Notes: generated by a model not told the origin, from the letters alone. Counted from the first letter of the stretch, positions 11,077-25,170 are shown. The stretch is 64,000 nt of DNA from Paraspadella gotoi (GCA_051294375.1 CM119267.1:1394883-1458882), one strand, 5' to 3'. A program made the numbers and translations.

Positions 11077-12851
11077 ATTAATAAATAAATCAATAATAAA
11101 TAAATCAATAATAAATAAATCAATAATAAATAAATCAATAATAAATAAATCAAAAATAAATAAATCAAAAATAAATAAATCAAAAATAAATAAATCAAAA
11201 ATAAATAAATCAAAAAGAAATTAATCAAAAAGAAATAAATCAAAAATAAATAAATCAAAAATAAATAAATCAAACAATTAATCAATCAATAAATAAACCA
11301 ATCAATCAATCATTCTATAAATTAATCAATAAATCAATAAATAAATCAATAAATAAATAAATCAATAAATCAATAATTCAATAAATCAATCAATCTCACC
11401 TTTTCGATTTCTTCTTTAATTATCACCGCCGCTGATTTCAAGAGTCGAGGAAACGAAACTAATTCGTTGAGGTCCAGATAGATTGGGATTTCGACTCCGG
11501 AGTCCAAAGCGAATCGACCGAATTTTAGAACCTGAACACGAGAGATGTTTTAAGGGGATAGTGAAATCGAAAGACAAAAGATATAAAAAAAGAAAAAAAA
11601 AGATTGGTCAAGATTTGAAAAAGATAAAAAATATATATACATGTATATATTTCCTAAGGAAAACGCTAACATCCATCTCCCAGATACATAATTAATATCT
11701 AATAATTAAATTTAATATTTAAATTAAATATTTTAAACTTGTTATTGTTAATTTAAAATTTAGTCTAGTCAAGTATTTTTTTTTATGAATTTTCTCTTTA
11801 ATATGATTTACTGCAATATGCAAATTAGAATATAATATTTTATATACTGATTTTCATATTTATAGATAGTAATTTGCATATTGCAGGAAATCATAATGAG
11901 AAAAATTCAAATAAAAAATACTTGATTCTATATAAAACATGACAATTGTAAAGATCTTAAAGATGAGAAGCCATATTTAAATTTTTAACTTACTATGATC
12001 GTACACTTTTATAAAAATGTATAGTAATTCGTAGTAGTTTTTTTTTAATTGTAAGCCCCAATCGAAACTATATAAAAAAAAACGTGACGACGACGACGAC
12101 GTCACAAAGAAGCTAAACAGATCCAATAACTAGCCAATCGTCTATTGATTCAATGAAGTAAAACAATTTCTTGGCTTACTTTTGCACAATAAATATTATA
12201 TCTCTATATGTATCCCAGTATGTATCCTTATCATAACATAGAATTCTTCAAGGTAGTCTTATCCCTATTGGTAAAAAAAATCATATATAACTTTGATCCC
12301 TCCTCAAAAAATTATCCATTCCCACCCCTCTCTGTTCAGCCTCTTAGATATTATGATTTTTCATTAATGACTTTCTAACAGAAATGATGTGTGATATCTA
12401 TTAGAAAACTAGGACAGATTGTAATCTAACCTTGTGTTGTATAGATGCTCCCTCTATTTCCAGAAGACAATACTGACCTCCCCCTCCCAGAATGAGATAT
12501 TAGATATAATAAGCAATTTAAAAAAAAGTAATAAATTTAATTAAATAATATAGTTAAAATAGTAAAACATTCATAAAATATAAAAATATAAGATAGTGAA
12601 ACAAGTAATTTTGCAAATTTTCATAAATATATTTAAAATGATTACTTTAGGGTTATATGGAATACTTTATCCTCGAAATTATTTGCTTCCGGGCATAAAA
12701 TAAGACAAGTAGCTTCAGATTTTCGAAAATTAGGACCAATAAACGTCAATTACCACTAAATTATACAAAATAGGTAATACTATTTCTATTAGTTGCTCAC
12801 CCCAGCGTCGAATATCCCCAAAATCCATTCTTCCTTCGCATCGGATCCCAT
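9202..12851 (-). CDS. Stand-alone orotate phosphoribosyltransferase-like protein (type I PRTase, UMPS N-domain homolog), 214 aa
   Basis: Exons 12851-12801 (MGSDAKEEWILGIFDAG), 11531-11400 (VLKFGRFALDSGVEIPIYLDLN...), 10854-10698 (..GVPMAA..RRKEAKAYGLKRVVEG..), 10020-9834 (..CLVIEDMTHSG..), 9319-9202 (..FRDNKFLEVINLSDGV*). All GT-AG with matching phases. Confidence 0.9.
9395..9520 (+). repeat. Dispersed repeat family B fragment (unclassified)
   Basis: taagctatcttgcccctgactttggacaggctttggtggtttaaggcctccatcactc core; also at ~7630-7715 (-), 20455-20690 (-), 34200-34420, 53960-54180 and 63480-63810. Confidence 0.75.
10130..10475 (+). mobile_element. tRNA-headed SINE-like repeat, copy 1 (in OPRT-like intron 3)
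   Basis: tgtagtcgggcatt leader, A-box-like gtgcctcattgagta and B-box gggttcaatccc; homologous to 39934-40050 (+) and 49959-50069 (-). Confidence 0.7.
11037..11395. repeat. AATAAAT/AATC simple-repeat tract
   Basis: (aaat)n and 15-bp aataaataaatcaa(t/a) units. Confidence 0.9.
11769..11925. mobile_element. Foldback/MITE-like inverted repeat in OPRT-like intron 1
   Basis: Imperfect arms of about 55 bp: tcaagtattttt...ctgcaatatgcaaatta and taatttgcatattgcag...aaaaatacttga. Confidence 0.65.
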
Positions 12852-13003
12852 TTTTTTATTTTTACGAAAATCAAAATCGAAAAAAAAACAAAAGAAAACT
12901 AACTTAAAAATTTTGAGTTCAAACTTCAAAACAAAAAAACTAAGAAAGCAGACGAATACCAGACTGTTGACAGATGTGTCTGTGCGTGTGGTGTGTGTGT
13001 GTG

Positions 13004-13039
<36 letters not shown>

Positions 13040-13041
13040 AG

Positions 13042-13087
<46 letters not shown>

Positions 13088-13164
13088 TTAACGCGTGTTT
13101 CTAGCCAAAAGTCTCGCCGGCTTAAATGAGAAGAGATCTCGATCAGTATCTCTCTTCTCTCTCT

Positions 13165-13199
<35 letters not shown>

Positions 13200-14148
13200 C
13201 TCTCTTCTCCTCTTTCTTCTCTCTCTCTCTCTCATTCTCTCACTCACTCATCACTCTGCTTCACTCTGTCTAACGAAATGTTAAACCTGTTTTTGAGTTT
13301 TCTCGCCAAAGTCACTTCGTTCTTTCTTTTCCCGATCCCTCACTCACATATAAAGTTTTAAAATTGATATAAGCTATAATATATATTATTAATCTACGTA
13401 TAGCAAAACGTTTTCTTGCCAGATGTAAACGTGGGAAACGCCTTGAAAAACTAACGGAATTCTACTGTGAAAGACAGAAACAAATTAACAGAAATTTTGA
13501 GAGTAAAAGTCAGTGAAAGAAGAGTGATAGTGAAAAAAGAGTGAACGGCAGAAACTGTGAGATTTCTGATGATGATTAGTGGAAATATCATCGAAACGCG
13601 GGGAGAATAGGAATAACGTATTGAGTGAGATAGAGAATGAGAGAGGGAAAGAGAGAGGGAGAGAGAGAGGGAGAGAGAGAGGAAGAGTGAGAGAAGGAGA
13701 GTTTGTGAATTTAAGAGAGAAAGAAATTATGGGATTTACGTTTTTCTTTTATTAATTCAATTATCTTAAAATTTCTCGTTTATTCATACAGCAATATAAT
13801 AAAACTGTCGAAGGATGTCATGTAACTAGAAAATAGTGATAACATTGTGATAGTTAACTGTTATTAATCTCAATTTGATTGTTCTCAAAGCGGAATATTT
13901 AAAGGAATTCACTCCGATGTAGTTTATTGAATTTTGATGACAAGAGATTTTAGTGAGAAAATCACGAAGAAAGTCATTTTCCAATTTTTCGATCCCGAGA
14001 TTGTAAAAACTGATCTCAAAAGTAGATTTATTATTAAATATTTGGAAGAAATCCTTAAGCAAAACGTTTTTGTTTCTCCAATAAACTATTGCCTTGGACA
14101 ATGGACATGATGTCTCTCGTGAGAATTGTACATCCAGGTTTGGGCGAC

Positions 14149-14240
<92 letters not shown>

Positions 14241-15376
14241 TGGTAAGCGGTCAAAAGTAAGGTCACTTATGATCAAGGATGCGTGTTGTGGTTGTTGTTG
14301 TTCCACCTTACCCGTTTTCGTTCATTTTGACGTCGCCTCATTATAGTATGATATACTTTTTATTTATATAGGCCAACGGAGTTAAATGCAATAACAGTTA
14401 ATGATTTGGATTAGTGATTAAATCAGGGATTAAGGATTAAGATTAAGGATTAAGATTAAGATTAAAATTAAGATTAAGGATTAAGATTAGGTGATAATGT
14501 TAGTGATGTTAAAGATAAGAGTTTAGCATTGAGGTTAAGTTTAAAATTTAGCAAAAGATTAGGGTAAGGTTAAATATAAGGCGAGGGATTAAGAGGCGCT
14601 ATGGGAAAATATTGCCAACTTTACCTCTTCTCATCAGATTTCAAAATCGCATCTTCTTTCGCCTCCTAACATTTTTCATCCCAACAGAAATTCTTTTGCA
14701 ACGTCATCGTATTGCAAATTGTCGTCGTCGTCGNNNNNNNNNNCGTCGTCGTCATTATCTCCGATGTTAACGTGGTTATCCTCTTTGTTATCGTTCTCAT
14801 GTTCGCCTTCGTCGCCGTCGTCGTCGTCTTCATTTTCGTCGGCGTCTTCGTCATCATCGTCGTCGTCGTCCTAATCGTCTTCGTTTTCGTCTTTGTCGTC
14901 GTCGTCTTTGTCGTCGTCGTCGTCGTCGTCGTCGTTTTAGATCGAATTCGCAATAAAATCTTTGAAGCGAAAAGAAAAAAATTGAATCGAATGTTGAAGA
15001 AAGAATTTTAAGCTGAAAAAGGAGAGAGGCGAAATCCGAATGGAAGCCACGAACTACAGACGACCACATCAATGACCACAGACAACCACATCAATGACCA
15101 CAGACTATCACAGTGATTGTGAGACCTAAAAAGAAAATTCTCAAGACGAAGAAATATTTCTCTAGTTTTTGTGAATCGAATATTCGATGATTGTTACACT
15201 GTGAGACTGTGAGACTGTGAGACAGCGAGACAATGAGACAGAGGGGAACTAAAAAAAAACTGTGAATTTGAAAAATTCTGTGGTTTTGTGAGAAAGATCA
15301 GGAATTCGTGTCACTTAAATTCTTTTCTTCTCAGCTGCAGTTTCCAAAAAAATGCAAATGTTGTCTCATTAAAGAC

Positions 15377-15468
<92 letters not shown>

Positions 15469-15624
15469 TTTCCTTTTTTCTTTATATTTTCTCTTTGTCT
15501 CTGTGAATGTCTGTTTTTGTTCTAAAAAAATGTTTTATGCAAATTTTTTTTTCGCCACTAATTTTACTTTTAACACGAATTTTCTATTTTTGTCTCTTTT
15601 CTCAGATGTTGTCTCTGCATTCCT

Positions 15625-15659
<35 letters not shown>

Positions 15660-15684
15660 NNNNNNNNNNNNNNNNNNNNNNNNN

Positions 15685-18600
15685 CCTACTCTTCTCTCTC
15701 TCTCCTCTCTCTCTCTCTGCTCTCTCTCTCTCTCCGCTCCTCTCTGTTCTCTCTCTCTCTCTGTCTCGTATAGTTAGAGAGAGAACAAAATACAATTGAA
15801 TTGATGCTGTCTGCCTCTTTTGAAGATTTGACGTTTTATTTCTCTGACAGAGCGACGGATGGAGAAAAAATAGGAAAAAGAAGGGGAGAAGGCGGAAAGA
15901 AAGAGATGCAGGAAAGAGAAGGAGGAAAGGGAGGAGGAAAGATGGGAAGAAAGAAGGTGAAAAGATATGAGGAAAGAGAGGAAGGAGGGAAAGGGTGGAG
16001 AAAAGAGGGGGAGGAAAGAGAAATGAGGAAAGAGTAGGAGGAAAGGAAGGAGGAAAGCTTGGAGAAAGGGTAAGAGGGAAAAGGAGAGGAGAAAGAGAGG
16101 TAGGAAAGGGAGGAGGAAAAGAGAGGAGAAAAAAAAAGAGGAGAAAAGGGAAGAAAAGCAGCGGGAAGAAAGAGAGGAGGAAAGAGAGGAGGACTATGAG
16201 GGAAGAAAGACCGAGAGGAAACGAGGGGGTAAGGAAAGGGGAGAGGAAAGAGAGAAGGAAAAGAGAGGAGGAAAGATGGGGAAGAAAAGAGAGAGAATGA
16301 AGGAGGAGGAAGGAGGAGGAAAAAGGGAGGTGGGTAGGAAAGAGAGGAGGAAAGAAGAGAGGAAAGATGAGAAGAAAGAGAGAGGAGAGGATCGGAGGGC
16401 AAAGAGCAGGAGGAAAGAGAGGCGGAAAGGGAGGAGGAAAGAGGGGGAAGAAGATAGTAGGAAACAGAGGACGTAAAGAGAGCAAGAAAAAGAAGGAGGA
16501 AAAGAGGAGAAAGACGGAGAAAGAGGATAAGAAAGGAGGAGGAATAGAGAGGGGAGAAGAAGGAAGAAGGCATAAGAGAGGAGGAAAAAGAGGAAGAAAG
16601 TGAGGAGGAAAGATGAGGAGGAAAAGAGAGGAAGAAAGAGAGAGGAAAAAGAGAAGAAGTGAGAGAGGGAAAGAGGGAGGAAAAAGAGGAAGAAGGGAGA
16701 GGAAAGGGCGAGGAGGAAAGGAGAGAAGAGAGGAGAATGAGGGAAGAACAATAGAAGGATAAGAGAGAGGATGCAAGTAGAGGAGGGAAAGAGAGAAGGA
16801 AAGAGAAGGAAGAAAGGGAGAGGAAAGAGAGGAGGAAAGATAGACAGATTTCGTTATTCAGCTAAATTATAATAAACATAAAGTTCATCCAGTTTGATTT
16901 CATTGATCTTAATTGGATGACGATAAGCATAACTTAAAGTGAACGATGTCATTTTCTGCCAAAATTGTTTGTTCTGCATTTTTTTCTGGTTTCATTCGCT
17001 AAACTCAGTTTTGGTTTGTAAATTAAAAACTCTGCGAAACTTATAAGAAACTAAAATCGTAAACATTTCACTTAGTACAGAAATTGCAAAACACAAACGA
17101 AAGACAAAGACCCAAAAAGAAAAAAAAGAAGAAAAGAAAAAGAAAAAGAAAGAAAAAAAAAAGAAAAAAAGAAATAAAGAAAAAGAAATAAAATAAAGTA
17201 AAAAAGAAAGAATAAAGAAACCCACAATTGTGGCCTTTCGAGAATTTTTTGGCGGGGAAATCCAGATTTTAGAAGGAGAATAATTTATATAATAAATCCT
17301 TTGTACTTCTTGACGTGAGAGAAATTTTGGTTGACCGATGGGAAATGAGACGAGAGAGAGAGTTAGGAGAGGAGAGATGATGAGAGAGAGAAGACGAGAG
17401 AGAGAGGAGACGAAGAGATGAGAGAGAGAGAGACTGAGAAAGTCGGTTACAAAAACTCAAATCGGACAAACGCGGACAATAAATTTTTCTTTCGCCGATC
17501 GGAAGTCGAGTCTAGCACTTCCCGATCTTGCAAATGAGATTTAATTGATGGATTATTTAAAGCGAGGTGTTCGAGTTTTTCGTGGGAGATTTCGGCCGGG
17601 GGGGCTGAGGAGTTGAAGGAGATGAGGAGTGGTGAGATGATAAGATGAAAGAGTTGAGGAGATGCAGGAGTTAGGGGATGAATTGAAGGTAAAATAAAAA
17701 TGAAACTTACAAATATTAAAGATTAAATTGTGAAAAAGCTGAGATAAGGAGTGAACACAATATTTCTTTTCTCTATTTAATCTTATTTTATTCTTTTCTT
17801 AAAAAATGATCATTATTATTATATTCATTTATATATAAATTATATATAATATACTATATTATATAGTATATCTCTCTCTCTCACTCTCTCTCATCTCTCT
17901 CTCTCTTCTCTTCTCTCCATTCTCTCCTTCCCTATCTCTTTACTATCTCCCCCCCCTCCGCTCTTCGCGTCGATTGAGTCTTAAATGTTGATATTATCAT
18001 TTCTCTGTTACGGGATCCACGCTGTCACCGTGCAACACTTTCAGGTGATTAACTCCTTTCAGTGATCTAATCACGATTCCGAAGTTTTTCTCATATTTTC
18101 TCTCGTTTTTTTTTTCTTTGTTAATTAATATATTTATAGTATTATTTAGCGAATTAATAATAATTTATAATTTATAATAATATAAGATAATAAACATAAG
18201 TCTCTTAGGGTTTTTTTTTCCGATTGATGAATAAGTTTATGCTTTAAATACGAACATATATTATATAAAAGGATTACTCATTTTATATTTGACGAACGAG
18301 TTCACGTTTTCATTGCTTGGGATTTTTCCTTTTGTTTTGATTGCTTGGGATGACCCTAGATTTCTCAGGATGCCAACGCATTGCTTCCCCGCCCTTTGAT
18401 TGACGATCCGCGCTTGAATTTAAACCGAAAGAACGACACCTCACCGAGTGAACTCACCAAACTCACTTTTTCGTCCCTTCTGCCCTTACTTCCGAACCTC
18501 ATTCGCTCGATACTCACACCGCGAATCATAGTACAGAGGAGGGAGGGAAAGAGGCGAGGAGGAGGGGAGGAGAAAGAATGTGGAGGAGGAGGCTGATGAG

Positions 18601-19210
18601 GAGGAGAGACGGAGGAGGAGGGCAGGAAGAGGAGGAGGTTGAGAAAGAGGAATGAAGAGGAGGCGAGTAAAGACGGATGAATGACGATTTTGATAAAACG
18701 GAAGGGATTATTCTTTTGATGTTTTCTCACCTAAATTTTTTCCTTTTTTCCTTTCCTTTTCTTTTTTTAAAAGATATGTAAGAGCTTGGGATTGTCGGTC
18801 GGTCGGGGTCTCAATGGCCTGTCTCGTTTAGGTTTTGTTTTCATACGACTACCTAGAATCATTACTAAATCGTTTTTAATTTTTTATATTTACATTTACT
18901 AGTGATTTGATACGAGATTCGTCTCGCTTGTACAGTCACGTGCATCAACGCGCGCGATTCGATTTTGTGAGAAGAATGTGAACACTACACACCGTTTGAA
19001 AGTGGAACAGGTTGAACAGTTAACAGTGAACGCTGTGAAAGTGAAAACTGGCGCAACACCGATTTTTTTATAATCGTTTCTTTCAAATTTTCTTTTTTTT
19101 TTCTCTCTTGGATTTTAATATTTTATTCCGTCCTTTTTCGTTTTTTTAAATTAATTTAGACCTCAAATGGTAAATGATTTAAATTTCAAATGTTTACGAA
19201 ATTAATATAA
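15685..19210 (+). repeat. Error-rich duplicate of ~23090-26445 (probable gap-fill or haplotig artefact)
   Basis: Collinear homology with scattered 1-nt indels (e.g. 16840-17270 vs 24195-24620; 18290-18530 vs 25575-25810); starts at a 25-N spacer. Confidence 0.85.
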
Positions 19211-19214
19211 AAAC

Positions 19215-22200
19215 ACAAGTTTGATAGCAACAATGTTCGGATCTGCCGACGGATCATTATCGGTAATTAATAAATTGCATTAATAATTAATCATTAATAT
19301 TTAATTTTCAAGTTAATTAATTATAATTAATTCAAGTAATTAATTAATTAAATTAATTAAATAATTATTTTATTTAAGTTAATTATTTAACTTAATTAGG
19401 CAATATTTAATTAATTAATTTGAATATAATATTTGTTTGATTGATTAATTTACTGATTAATTAATTTATTGATTAATTAACCTGATTTAATTTATTTGAT
19501 TAATTAATACATCTTGCATTTAACATATAAAATAAAATAAAATAAAGTCATACCATTAGTTTTAATAGGTTTCTTTGTTTTTTCATTTAAACTCATTTCG
19601 CACCTCAAGATTCCCATCGAACTTATTTCCAGTTAATTCACACACTTTTCTTACCCAAATATAGAATTTTAGTCCAATTCGCGCCCATTCCACTCATGAG
19701 TAATTCGGTTTTTCAAATAGATGAATATATTTTTTTTTGTTTTTTTCCATTTCAAACTCATTTCCATCTAGACAAGAATTTCATCAAAACTTCATATCCG
19801 CTTCAATCACACAACGTTCCCTACCCAGTACCCACACACAAATTTCATTCCAATCCATCATGCCAATCACGAGTATTGGTATTTTTTATCTAAGGTGGGA
19901 CGGACGGTGACGGACGAACAGGACCAGACGGATGGACAGACGACGAACGGACAGACAGACAGACAGCGGGACAGACTGGACAGAGGAATCGTTTTTTTTA
20001 CATAATTTATCATATTTCGATATTCTGACATGCATATAAGTTGAATGCCTGTCAAGATTGAGCAAGTATTCTTCCTTCGAATCGCCTTCCCCGGGGCGCT
20101 TGCTAGGGCGCTCCGCGGGTGCTCCGCGGGGCGGGCCTCCGGGCAAGCAAAGTCCTTTACTGCCTGGGGGCGGCCCCTGAGCCTCTTTTTTTTGGGCCCA
20201 AGGGGCCCTCCAGGGGGATATCCCCCAGGGGCTAGAAAAACCTTCTTCCCCTGGGGGCCACCCCCAGGGGGATGAATTTGCCTTGCCCTGGAACGGCTCT
20301 CTCTCGCCTCCTATTCTTCTTTCTCTCTCCTCTTTCTCTCTCTCTCTCTCCCTCTCTTTTTTCCTCTTTATTCTATATCTCTTTTCTGTTTTTCATCTTT
20401 ATTAATAAAAATTAAAATTAAAAATTAAAAATTTTAAAATAAAATGAAATCATTATTACACTTCATTATAGGGAAGCCAGGTTCACTGGGATTTTGATAA
20501 ATAAGGGACTTGTGTGAGAGAGTTCTTGATTGAAAGCTTGCTAGAAACCGCTATTGTTATTATCTTGGTACGTGTGTGATGGAGGCCTTAAACCCCCAAA
20601 GCCTGTCCAAAGTCAGAGGGACAAGATTAGGCTTATTTATTATAATGAATGGATAATTTTTATTTATTGGTTGTACCAATTTTCATATAAAAATACAAAT
20701 TAATATCTTTCACTTCATAATCAATCACTGAACCAATAGGGCTCTGCGCCAATACTAATATGCATAATTCTCGCGCTCAACTTGCATTATTAGTTCAAAT
20801 GACATAATTTGGTTTCAACTGACATTAATTTGGGACAACTGATATAATTTGAGCGTCAACTTTTAGATTTTTGTAAAAACTTTCATAATTTGGTTAAATT
20901 TTATTTAATTTGGTCCAACTTTCATAATTTTGTGTCACTTTAACATTTTTGGTCAACTGGGATAATTTGGTAATTTTGTTATTAATTTAGTCAACTTGCA
21001 TTAATTCGGTAACCTTCATAATTGGATAAACTTCATAATTTTTGTCAAATTGACATACATTGCGTCAACTGATATAATTTGATCACTTTTAGAATTTTGG
21101 TAAACTTTCCTATATTTGGTAAAATTCATAATTTGGTTCCAACTTGTCATAATTTGGTCAACTTGCATTAATTTGGTCAACTTACCTCAATTTGTGTCAA
21201 ACATCAACTTAAAATTAGCTAATTTATTAAATTTTCATCTGTAAGAAATAGAAAGAAGAAAGAGTTGAGAAAATTTTTTAATAAATCAAGTAAATTATGA
21301 CTTTTTGTTTTTTCTATTTAAACTCACTTTCACTTGCATACTTTCTACCAACGCACAAATTTTTTTTTAATTCATCTATGAAATTATTTAAATAGTAGAA
21401 TAAATAGTAGGATGGTTTTAATTTTTTATTCACTTATAAAAAAAATTAATTAATTCATTAATTAATTATTAAATCAGTCTTTAAGTTCCGTCCCATATTG
21501 CATAAACTCAAATTATTCCGTGATTAGATCATATGGATTAGAATAAAATCTTGTGTGTGGGATAGAAAGTGTGTGATTGAGCGAGATATTAAGTTTTGCT
21601 GCACTTTCTTCTCAAAACCATCAGCCTTTCCTCAAAAAACGTGAGTTCATTGAGGGAATCTAAAACTAACAATTATTAATAAAATCTTAAATTGAAAAAA
21701 TTATTTTCACGTTAACAATAATTGAAAAAAAATGTATATTTTTTTTTGTTACATAAACACGTCTTGAAGATAGAGAGAGAGAAAGTAGAGGAAAGAGAAA
21801 GAAAAGAAAGAGAGAAAATGAAAAGATTAGAAAATGTCAGAGAGTAGAGAGAGAGAAAGTTGTGAGAGAAAGGAGAAAAGAGAGGATAACAGAACAGGGG
21901 AGATATTTCTAGATACAATAAATTGTCAGTATATTTTCTTATCTAAACTTTGCTCCTCTTAACTCGGCCCCTGGGGAGCCCTTTTTTGCTTCCCAGGGCG
22001 TTACCCCAGGGCGGACTTTTTTCCCAGGGGAGCCGCCAGTCCCAGGGGGTTCCCCCTGGGGCAAACATTTTGGTTATTAGGGGCGGCCCCCTCAATGACC
22101 ATTTTTGCTTGCTCCCCCTGGAATAGTCTGCCCCCTGGGGCCGCCCCTTAGAGGCCGCCCGCGGGCGGAGGATTTGGGATGATGACATATCTCAGATTGA

Positions 22201-22263
22201 GGGGGCGGCCGACGGACGACAAAGTGGAATTAGAGTCGGGATCTGCTAAAAGAGATCCGACTT
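19215..22263 (-). mobile_element. DINE-1/HINE-like element, copy 2, interrupted by a 2.1-kb insertion
   Basis: 3' end acaagtttg..caatgttcggatctgcc at 19215, GACR microsatellite at ~19900-19985, 5' end gagtcgggatctgc..gatccgact at 22234-22262. Confidence 0.7.
20063..22193. mobile_element. Non-autonomous DNA transposon with 8-bp TSD (hAT- or P-like)
   Basis: Flanked by direct repeat agattgag (20055-20062 and 22194-22201), present once in uninterrupted HINE copies; GC-rich ends full of ccctgggg/ccccaggg motifs; internal ~20-bp cataatttggtcaact array at 20760-21200. Confidence 0.65.
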
Positions 22264-22264
22264 A

Positions 22265-23095
22265 AAAACTCGCGGATTTTTTATCGTTTTCGTTAAAAAT
22301 TTTCAATTTTGTCGAATATTTTGACGAAAAAAATCTCTCGAGTATTAAAAGATTACGAAAGTGAAGGAAAGCATTTCTAGGAAATCGGGGCGGTTTTGTA
22401 GACGACGACTACGACGACGACAACGACGCAACAACGACGCGCAAGGATAACTTTCGCCGGTGAGTTCTTAATCATATTCCTCTTTCAGATTCAGATGTTA
22501 TTTTCGGACCCCTGTCTATAGATGTTTCTGTCTGCTCCTTGTTACAGATGGTTTTCCGTACCCTGTCTAATTGATTTTATATAAGCGCCTTAGTCTAGAG
22601 ATGTTATTTCCGTATACGCCTGTTCTATAGATGTTACATCGTGCCCTAGTTACAGATGTATTTTGTACCCCAGTCTATAGATGTTTATGTCAGCGCCCTT
22701 GTCTACAATGTCATTTCGTACCCCAGCTATATTATTTTACGTGTGCGCCTAGTCAACAGATGTTCATATTTTCGTACCCAGTTATAGATGTACGTCACGT
22801 GCCCTAGGTCTACAGATGGAACTTTTTAAGTTCCATCTCGTTCTCTTCTGATCGATTATTCTTCAATCGATTGAAAAAAAAAAAGAAATTTGCGAAGGAA
22901 TTAAAATTTTTATCTTCGACTCGGTTCTTCTTGGATTTTTCGCGCCTTTTTTTTTCTCTTTCGTGATCTTTTTCCGGAATTTTATTGTGAATATTAATTT
23001 AATAGGGAAATCTTAACCATTTAATTTTATACTTTTTAAGGTTTAACGTATTAATAAGTAAGTCATCATCCATACCCATCACGGTTTAACCAATT
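22265..23095 (+). repeat. Error-rich duplicate of 26452-27285
   Basis: Same aaaaactcgcggatttt start, (gac)n tract, gtgagttc site and 27-bp minisatellite, with extra indels. Confidence 0.85.
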
Positions 23096-24691
23096 ATCTC
23101 TCTCTCTCTCTCTCTCTCTGTCTCTATAGTTAGAAACAAAAACAATGAATTGATGCTTCGCTCTATTGAGATTGACGTTTATTCTCTGACAGAGCGACGG
23201 AGAGAGAAAAAAGAGGAGAAAAGAGGGGAAGAAAGAGGGGAAGAAAGAGATGAGGAAAGAGAGGAGGAAAGGGAGGAGGAAAGAGGGGAAGAAAGAGGTG
23301 TCTCCCTTTCTCCTCCCCTTTCTTCTCTTTCTCCTCCTCTCTACTTTCTTCTCTTTTCTCCTCTTTTCTCCTCCTCATCTTTCCTCTCACTTTCTTCCTC
23401 TTTTTCCTCCTCTCTTTCCTTCTTCTTTCTCTCCCCTCTCTATTCCTCCTCCTTTCTTCCTTTTCTCCTCTTCTCTCCTCTCTTTCCTCCTTTTTTGCTT
23501 GCTCTTTTACTCCTCTGTTTCTCACTACTCTCCCTCTTCTCCTTGCCTTCTTCCTCCTCTCTTGCTCGTCCTCTCTCTCTCTTTCTTCTCATCTTTCCTT
23601 CTTCTTTTCCTCCTCTCTTTCCTAACTCCTCCTCCCTTTTTCTCCTCCTCCTCCTCCTTCTTCTCTCTCTTTCTTCCCCTCTTTCCTCCTCTCTTCTTCT
23701 TCCTCTCTTTCCTCCTCCCTTTCCTTCCCTTCGTTTCTCTCTCGGCTTCTTCCCTCATGTCCTCCTCTCTTTCCTCCTCTTTGGCTTCCGCTGCTTTCTT
23801 CCCGTTTTCCCTCTTTGTTCTCTCTCTTTTCCTCCTCCCTTCCTCCTCTCTTTCCTCCTCTCTTTTCCCTCTTCCCTTTCTCCCTTTCTCTTCCTTTCCT
23901 CCTACTCTTTCCTCATTTCTCTTTCCTCCCCCTCTTTTCTCCTACCCTTCTCCTTCCTCTCTTTCCTCATCATCTTTTTCACCTTCTTCTTCCCTCTTTC
24001 CTCCTCCCTTTCTCCTTCTCTTTCCTGCATCTCTTTCTTCCCTCTTTTCCCTCTTCCTCCCTATTGAGCCGTTTTTTCCTCTCCTGCCCTNNNNNNNNNN
24101 NNNNNNNNNNNNNNNGAAGGAAAGAGAGGAGGAAAGAGAGGAGGAAAGAGAGAAGGAAAGAGAGGAAGAAAGGGAGGAGGAAAGAGAGGAGGAAAGATAG
24201 ACAGATTTCGTTAGTCAGCTAAATATATAAACAATAAATTCATCCAGTTCTGATTTCATTATCTTAAATTGTATGAACGAATAAGAATAACTTAAAGTGA
24301 ACGAATGTCATTTCTGCCAAATTGTTGTTCTGCATTTTCTTCTGGTTCATTCCTAAACTCAGTTTTGGTTGTAAATTTAAAAACTCTGCGAACTTAAAGA
24401 AACTAAAATCGTAAACATTCACTTAGTACAGAAATGCAAAACACAAACGAAAGAAAAAGACCAAAAAAGAAAGAAAAAGAAAGAAAAAGAAAAAAGAAAG
24501 AAAAAAAAAAGAAAAAGAAATAAAAAGAAAAAGAAATAAAATAAAAAGAAAAAAGAAAGAAAAAGAAACCCAAATTGTGGCCTCGAAATTTTTTGGCGGG
24601 AAATCCAGATTTTAGAAGGAAATAATTTATAAAAATAAATCCTTTTACTTCTTGACGGAGAGAAATTTGGTTACGTTAGTGGGAAATGAGA

Positions 24692-24738
<47 letters not shown>

Positions 24739-25134
24739 AGAGGAGAAGAGAGAGAGAGACTGAGAAATTCGTTACAAAAACTCAAATCGACAAAACGCGG
24801 ACAAATAAATTTTTCTTTCGCCGATCGGAAGTCGAGTCTAGCACTCCGATATGCAAATGAGATTTTAATTGATGGATTTAAAGCCGAGGTCGAGTTTTTT
24901 CGTGGGAGATTTTCGGCCGGGGGGGCTGAGGAGTTGAAGAGATGAGGAGTTGAGGAGATGAATAGATGAAGAGTTGAGGAGATGAGGAGTTAGGGGATGA
25001 AGTTGAAGGATAAAGAACTTACAAAAATAAAGATGTAACATGTGAAGAAAAAGTGAGAAAGAGTGAACCAAATATTTCTTTTCTCTATTTAATCTTATTT
25101 TATCTTTTCTCAAAAAATGATCATTATATTATAT

Positions 25135-25170
<36 letters not shown>

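Noticed and set aside
14624-15011. Acidic (GAC)n-rich minus-strand exon bounded by AG and GT
   Set aside because: In-frame stops in the Asp-rich frame, an internal gap and no linkable exons; may be UTR
15535-16776. 413-aa and other long L/S/F/P or R/E/G ORFs (also 23150-24222, 30325-30973, 61723-62574)
   Set aside because: Stop-poor translations of purine/pyrimidine low-complexity tracts, with no domain or splice support
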